Below, one piece after another: positions 58,403 through 64,000 of a DNA stretch of 64,000 nucleotides. The number at the start of each line of letters is the position of its first letter. Within the stretch, counting starts at the first letter, position 1. The stretch is taken from the NCBI GenBank assembly GCA_024256285.1, contig JACGUG010000001.1, positions 93,771 to 157,770 on the forward strand. Direction: 5' to 3'. This DNA is from an archaeon. GTDB lineage: Archaea > Thermoproteota > Nitrososphaeria > Nitrososphaerales > JACAEJ01. The notes beneath the pieces are model-generated. The model ran no database searches, was not told where the DNA came from, and saw only the letters and a program-made list of their open reading frames with translations. Position numbers and translations under genes: made by a program.

Positions 58403-58715
58403 CATAAAGTATCCTTCAATACATTCTAGAGTTTAAGTAAAAGGCAATCTCCCCCTTTTTTCGGGGTTAAATTTTAGCCCCCAAACCCAAACCCATGTAT
58501 AAAATCAAATGTGAAAAAAGAAAAATAAGTAATTTATTCTATTGTAATTATATCTCCGTTATTCCGTTCAATGCTAGCTAGCTATCAGAGAATTAGTCTT
58601 GAATATTCTGGATTCGTTATCCTCAAAAGCACGATCTTAGCGATTGAAAAACTTGATTTACCCTTACCTATTAACTATAATACAGAAAAATCCACTAAAA
58701 CAAAGGTAAACAACA

Positions 58716-59391
58716 ATGCAGACCACTGACAAAGCAAAACAGAGAAGTCAAATAGACGCCCTTCAAGGCTTGATCATCATAGAGAAGAGTCCACGAGGTA
58801 GAAGGCTGAAGCAACCAATAACCGTAGAAATCCCTGAGAACTTTTCGCAAGAAGTTTGGTCGCATCTCATACCTTCGCGGTTGGGAATCGACAAGCAAAG
58901 GCTACCCCCACATACATGTATTGATGATTTTCCACGATTACCAGTTTAAAATTGCGTTTTCACAGTTGAAGAGAACAAAATATGGCTCATATAGACATGT
59001 GTATCGTATTGAAGAGAAGGCGGAATTTGAGAAGTCATACCATAGTTTTGTGGATGTTGAGGCAGTGCGAAAGATGCGTGAAGGCATCTCATACATCACA
59101 AAATATATGCGAAAGTCTGGACATCCTCTTCAGATGTTAACTCTAGCATTTTGCTGGCTCTTCAGGAAACGATCCTTCGCTGTTAGTGGAAATTTTCTAG
59201 AATCGTTGAAGACCAGTATAAAAAAGCAAGTTAATCGGCTTGTACAGATTGATCTTCAAGGAGTGGAGGTAAATCTAGAAGTTGAATGGATCTCCATCGG
59301 CATCTTTCCTGCCAAAAAGCTCGGCATAGATCGTAACGAGTGGAGGAAAGTCATAACTGATCGGGAAGTACTAAGCACAATACTGAGTTAG
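58716..59391 (+). pseudogene. rolling-circle (HUH) Rep gene remnant, frameshifted
   Basis: The frame open from 58828 reads RKKFGRISYLRGWESTSKGYPHIHVLMIF (HUH motif HIH plus hydrophobics), then ISYITKYMRKS (catalytic Tyr motif) and RKRSFAVSGNF. The upstream part (ITVEIPENF, motif-I-like) is in a different frame, 58716..58949. Confidence 0.5.
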
Positions 59392-59531
59392 CTGAGGATA
59401 CGCTATATGAAACGGTGTAGAGGGCTTTTGGGAGGGTCTGAAGCGGAGCGACAGCGAAGCGCACAGATATCATGTTATTTGCGGTACTTTAGAAAAGTGA
59501 TGCGAAAACAGACGAAATTGAATCTCGCTGG

Positions 59532-60035
59532 TTACAAGAATCCTAGATTGTGTAATATGTGAATGCTTACGACTATATAAAATGCGGTAGTTATGCTGAT
59601 ATGTAAGAACCTATTACGATGTGGCGGGTATAGTCTCCCCTTCTCCAACATTTGAAATTTGTGGAGGAAACCCGATACTACCAATATGGACACTATGATA
59701 AACATTGTTAGTCCTGTTTTATCCTCTGGATGGACTGACCTACTCATCTGCTGCGCGAAATGTGTTGATATAAGTGTAAAGGAGAATAAGTTGCTGAAAA
59801 CGTGAATTCTAGTCAGTGACATATTTCTCTTGGGATAACGTCTCCTGAGAATGTAGAATGCTGGGGTTAAAATTGCAATGGAGAGGGTACCTATCCAGCT
59901 TAGCCAATGCGTGAAGCGATACGGTCCTACAGTGAAGTTCAAAGGAAGCCAACGGAGATAGGTGACAATCATCAACAGGACTGTAACTAGAAATATTGCT
60001 AACGCTGAAAAAAACTCTGGGTTCTTGTATTTCAT
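59532..60035 (-). CDS. membrane protein with His-containing helices, hypothetical
   Basis: 167 aa with 4-5 hydrophobic helices. Confidence 0.45.
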   Translation of the reverse strand: MKYKNPEFFSALAIFLVTVLLMIVTYLRWLPLNFTVGPYRFTHWLSWIGTLSIAILTPAFYILRRRYPKRNMSLTRIHVFSNLFSFTLISTHFAQQMSRSVHPEDKTGLTMFIIVSILVVSGFLHKFQMLEKGRLYPPHRNRFLHISITTAFYIVVSIHILHNLGFL

Positions 60036-60268
60036 GCGGGGTCAAAAGGTACACTAGTTTATAAATATAAGATAATACCAAAGAGATAGAATGCTTCTTG
60101 AGTAATCCTGCGCTGCGTTCATGCTAATTATAGGCGAATCAGTGTAACAACGACTTGATAACGTATATGCATAACTAAGACTTTTAAGATCAATAAGATG
60201 AGCTCTCATATTAATGCCTAAATTTATGATAGAGTAGATCTAATAGTAGTTTATGATGGTATGAATTA

Positions 60269-60493
60269 ATGTACTCAGAAGACCATGCTGATCTAAAAGA
60301 AGTTGTTGATGGCTTAATTAAAGATGCATATAATTTTTTAGCAATTCATGTTTCTTACATCATAGTCTTCTATGCTGCTTTGTTCAGTATGATAGGTGTT
60401 TCCTTCGAGAAAAACAGAAAAATGGGATCCGCAGTGATAGTAACGTTCGTGATATTGATAGGATGTTTAATCTACTATCTTTTACCTTTCTAA
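60269..60493 (+). CDS. small membrane protein, hypothetical
   Basis: 74 aa with two hydrophobic helices. Confidence 0.35.
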   Translation: MYSEDHADLKEVVDGLIKDAYNFLAIHVSYIIVFYAALFSMIGVSFEKNRKMGSAVIVTFVILIGCLIYYLLPF

Positions 60494-60577
60494 CATATGT
60501 GTGCCCTCGCTGTAAGCCATTACATGCAAGCGAAAGCAAAAAATGAGGAAGGGTTGGACCTCAGTTTCCTATGTTTT

Positions 60578-60871
60578 TTAAGGCAATTCTTTAACTATGT
60601 TTATCATTTCGTCAGCTGATATGGCTTTTAACGTTTCAGTTCTTAAATGCCCTTCTCTTGCTCTAGTAAGCAAAATCTTCGTCATCGCTTCATCATTAGG
60701 AGCCTCAATAACTGAGACAATATCATATCGTCCCATAGTGAAATAAATAGCCTTGGTCTCGCCGCCAACAGATTTAACAACCTTTCTAGCGTCTTCCGAC
60801 CACTTTGTCAGATTCTTTATGTTTTCAATCCCTTTCTGTGTCAAATTTATTAAGACTATGTACAAAGGCAT
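60578..60871 (-). CDS. GYD domain protein
   Basis: MPLYIVLINLTQKG...TMGRYDIVSVIEAPNDEAM. The GRYD motif is typical of the GYD family. ATG at 60871. Confidence 0.6.
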   Translation of the reverse strand: MPLYIVLINLTQKGIENIKNLTKWSEDARKVVKSVGGETKAIYFTMGRYDIVSVIEAPNDEAMTKILLTRAREGHLRTETLKAISADEMINIVKELP

Positions 60872-61129
60872 CTTTCTCATCCCTCCTTCTTGGTATTTGT
60901 AAAACGTTTATTTTAAGTTATATAAAAATATTAATCCTTGGGTTGCCATAGTAATTGGAAGTAAAGATGAGGGGCCGAATGCGTTTGTTTTTCCATTTAA
61001 AGATTTACCTAAATTGCATGGAAAGGCCAAAAGAGAAGATGTAGTTGCTGTTTCCGAATTGTTTTACAATCCCACTGGTAATGTTATTAACTTAACTAGC
61101 AAAATCCCATACTTAAGGTAAATTAAAGC

Positions 61130-61666
61130 ATGGTACTTGATATGGCAAATGAAGTTGAGCCTATTCACGCTCATGGATTCTTCTGGGTCTCTCAGGAGGG
61201 TGTCGTGAATCAGACCATCATATTCGATTACTACGACAAGAAGGGATACTACGCTTCTCTTTTACATAAGCCCGATGAGTATGAGCAAGAGATGGTAAAG
61301 CTCTTCCATTCGATGCAGGGCCTTCTTGATCAGGAGAAAGTATTGATGAACGGTATAAGATGTAAACCCAAAGTGCTTACCGTGGGTCTTGACCATCGAG
61401 GTTTAGAAAATCTTCCTTGCATCGCCTTCCTCATAACCTTCAGAGGTCGAATAAAGATTGGAGTAAATACATATGAAAATTTTTATGAGAAAGGCATAGT
61501 CGAATACGATTACGAAGCCTACTGGGTCTTTCCAGAAAGAACAAAGATTCTAGAGGTCGAATCCTCGATAGATTATGAGGTTGTTGCCAAAAATATTCTT
61601 ATTATGAGGGCGAGAAGGGGAGATAGATACTCTGGCTCTGAAAGGATAGAATTCGATGTGAGGTAG
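61130..61666 (+). CDS. hypothetical protein
   Basis: 178 aa ORF with coding-like composition. I recognise no motif. Confidence 0.4.
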   Translation: MVLDMANEVEPIHAHGFFWVSQEGVVNQTIIFDYYDKKGYYASLLHKPDEYEQEMVKLFHSMQGLLDQEKVLMNGIRCKPKVLTVGLDHRGLENLPCIAFLITFRGRIKIGVNTYENFYEKGIVEYDYEAYWVFPERTKILEVESSIDYEVVAKNILIMRARRGDRYSGSERIEFDVR

Positions 61667-61849
61667 CTATAAAGAGAACGATACGTCTCTCTGGGACAAG
61701 GAAAACTTATGTGACCGTCATATTAGAGGATCTTTCCATACTGCCAGATTTTTTAATAGTTGTTTAATCTGTAGCCTTAACTTCTCAATCTCCTACTCCA
61801 CATACAGGCCGCTTCGGAAACTTTTAATAAATAAAAGAAGGGACAAGTT

Positions 61850-62161
61850 TTGCTTATGTCCCAAGGAGGAATTCCTTCCGAATTAGAAGAACTTTTCAAG
61901 AGACTCAATAACGCAATAAAACAAGGTCGATGGAATGAGGTAGATTCCTTAACAAAGAAGATGGAAGCATTCTGGAAAGGGATTTTTACAATTTATAAGG
62001 AGCCGATCTGGGAGAACGTATTGTATATCTTTACCATCTTGTTGCGTGCAATGGTCGGTGCTTCAAAACGTTTCGAGTATTTAGAGACTGCCTTAAAAGA
62101 CTTAGAGGAAAGAATAGAAAGACTGGAGGGCGAGTTTAGAGCTCTACATGAAGGAAGATAA
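61850..62161 (+). CDS. hypothetical helical protein
   Basis: 103 aa. The C-terminal coiled-coil-like segment is LETALKDLEERIERLEGEFRALHE. Confidence 0.35.
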   Translation: MLMSQGGIPSELEELFKRLNNAIKQGRWNEVDSLTKKMEAFWKGIFTIYKEPIWENVLYIFTILLRAMVGASKRFEYLETALKDLEERIERLEGEFRALHEGR

Positions 62162-62339
62162 CTTGTAGATATTATAAAACTTCGCCTAACCAATTTTAAA
62201 CACATAGTTAGAGGTCCTTTTTAGAAAGATTGTCAAAAACATGAGGGATATAATTGAATTTTAAATGAATGGGGAATCTAAGAACGTGTATGAATGAGAA
62301 ACCAATTCCACCTTTATATTAAAAAGAAGATTCTTGATT

Positions 62340-63017
62340 TTATGACTTCCTCTTTGTATTTATGCCGATAACAATCTCTATTGGCAATCCAAACATCTTT
62401 GCTCTCTCTCTACATCTTATTTCATAACCAGCATCCTTTATCGATTTTTCAACATAGATCGGCCTACAATCAACATACTTAGAAAAATTCTGATGGGCCC
62501 ATTTGTAAATTCTTAATGGAATGGATTCGCCATCTTCGTTTGAAATACTTGTAATACCGAGCCTCCCATTGGGTTTAAGTACCCTTCTAGTCTCTTCAAG
62601 AACTATTGGAATTTCAGGAGTATCGAAGAGTTCTAGGGTAAAACTCATAAAAATAGCATCAAACATATCCTCTTCATAAGGGATCTGTAGGGCATCTCCC
62701 CAGTACAATTCAACTCTATCCATGAGGCCAGCCTTTTCGAGTCTTTTCTTAGTTACTTCTAGCATTCCCGATGAAATATCGATACCATAAGCTTTACCAG
62801 TACTTCCTACCGATTCTGCTATCTTCTCCAAACAACGCCCTGTCCCAAATCCAATTTCTAGAACTATTTCGCCTCTTTTAATACGTAGAAGATCCAAAGT
62901 TCTTTCACTGTACTTTCTCTCAAAAATTGTAAAATAATCATAAAACTTACTGAGTTTGTCATAAATTTCTTTGGCCTCTCCTTTAGTTCTAGTAACTCTT
63001 AATACATAATCTTTCAT
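62340..63017 (-). CDS. class I SAM-dependent methyltransferase (UbiE/COQ5-like)
   Basis: Motif I VLEIGFGTGR, followed by AYGIDIS and FDAIFMSFTLELF. Confidence 0.75.
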   Translation of the reverse strand: MKDYVLRVTRTKGEAKEIYDKLSKFYDYFTIFERKYSERTLDLLRIKRGEIVLEIGFGTGRCLEKIAESVGSTGKAYGIDISSGMLEVTKKRLEKAGLMDRVELYWGDALQIPYEEDMFDAIFMSFTLELFDTPEIPIVLEETRRVLKPNGRLGITSISNEDGESIPLRIYKWAHQNFSKYVDCRPIYVEKSIKDAGYEIRCRERAKMFGLPIEIVIGINTKRKS

Positions 63018-63043
63018 TGTCCTATACTCTTTAAAAGACCGAT

Positions 63044-64000
63044 CTATTTGGACTTTAATGCAAAACCCAGTAGTGTTGAAGCGATAGCGAACACCATCAT
63101 TACTGAAAAGATGGCTATTTTGCTGTATGTTGAATCGATCACGAAACCGACTAGCAATGGACCCACAACTATCCCAACGTTTAGGCAGGTGTTGAGGATT
63201 CCGAAACCCAAACTTACGCTCCTCTCATCAAGCATCTCCAATGGCAAGGCAAAGACGGAAGGAGTGATAAAGGCAGCGGCAAGGCCTAGAAATAGGAGAA
63301 CCAAGACCAGACCCCCTCCTGAAGTAAAAGGTATAAGGAAGAAAGATGCAGCCACGCCCAAGGCTGAAGATATTATTGGCAACCTTCGCCTCCTTGACCG
63401 ATCGGATAGATGCCCAGTCAGGGGTGTGAACAACGCGCCTATCATGAGCAGGCTCGCTAGGAAGTTCGCAGACGTCGGAGTCGCCTCCCATAGATTCTCA
63501 AAGAGCTTTGGACCCCATGTGGTAAACGAGATGGCGGCCATGTTGAAGGTTGCCCATATGAGACCAAGTATCCAGATCTGCCTACTCTTTAAACCTGAAA
63601 AGGGTGAACCTGTGTTGGTTCTATCTGGAGCCCTTCTTTCCTTGGTCAAGAACATCCATATGAGTAAACCTATAACGCTGATTATGAGGGTTATCAAAAG
63701 GCTACTCCTCCAGCCAAGATCTGTCCCCACCTTTCCGAGCAGATTAAAGGACAAGATCGTCGCTAGGGGCATATTTAGGCCGAAGATGCCCATTCCGAAG
63801 GCCATCTTCTCGTGAGGAAACCATTGGCTCAACAAAGCAGGGGATGCTGTCATGACCAAGGCACCCCCTATCCCTATAACTAGCCTACCTATCTCCAAAG
63901 CCAGGAAGGAAGGATTTATGGATAAAAGGCCTCCTATCGAAATTAGGGCTAAGCCCACCAACCCCACCATCTTGACACCGTACTTGCTCGTAAAAATCCC
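63044..64000 (-). CDS. MFS transporter, N-terminus outside window
   Basis: The frame stays open to nt 64000 (GIFTSKYGVKMVGLVG...). There are multiple TM helices and an MFS loop motif (GHLSDRSRRRRLP). Confidence 0.75.
   Translation of the reverse strand, partial: GIFTSKYGVKMVGLVGLALISIGGLLSINPSFLALEIGRLVIGIGGALVMTASPALLSQWFPHEKMAFGMGIFGLNMPLATILSFNLLGKVGTDLGWRSSLLITLIISVIGLLIWMFLTKERRAPDRTNTGSPFSGLKSRQIWILGLIWATFNMAAISFTTWGPKLFENLWEATPTSANFLASLLMIGALFTPLTGHLSDRSRRRRLPIISSALGVAASFFLIPFTSGGGLVLVLLFLGLAAAFITPSVFALPLEMLDERSVSLGFGILNTCLNVGIVVGPLLVGFVIDSTYSKIAIFSVMMVFAIASTLLGFALKSK

Overview
Archaeal chromosomal segment with about 78 protein-coding genes and 4 tRNA genes, 3 of them carrying introns. 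I saw no rRNA, no CRISPR array and no intact integrase or transposase. Marker genes include both PolD subunits, Orc1/Cdc6, an archaeal histone, Elf1, SepF, aCPSF1, an Sm protein, a proteasome beta subunit, G1P dehydrogenase, GGGP synthase and an A-type ATPase. They point to an archaeon outside the PolD-lacking Crenarchaeota; I cannot place it more precisely from sequence alone.

Nt 1-51400 are core genome. They hold a replication island (polD-small, orc1/cdc6, a predicted oriC with three ORB-like boxes, polD-large) and a complete ilv/leu branched-chain amino-acid cluster. They also hold the A1Ao ATPase genes, a class II type HMG-CoA reductase and mre11-rad50.

Nt 51400-64000 look accessory. 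They follow three tRNA genes and are rich in small orphan ORFs and gene remnants: a frameshifted HUH Rep gene, a half-size MFS gene and a frameshifted membrane protein.

I did not find a convincing novel multi-gene system. The observations most worth follow-up are:
- serine hydroxymethyltransferase (glyA) interrupted by 29 extra nt inside its most conserved N-terminal motif;
- two integrase-less mini-islands (padR-arsM and tspO), each bounded by a direct repeat of the 3' end of the adjacent tRNA gene and visibly more GC-rich than neighbouring genes;
- the origin architecture, with a small winged-helix gene lying between ORB boxes;
- a tRNA-Leu-like gene with a roughly 40-nt insertion in the D-arm and an abnormal anticodon arm.

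All calls come from reading the translated ORFs and the raw sequence by eye. No database search was run.
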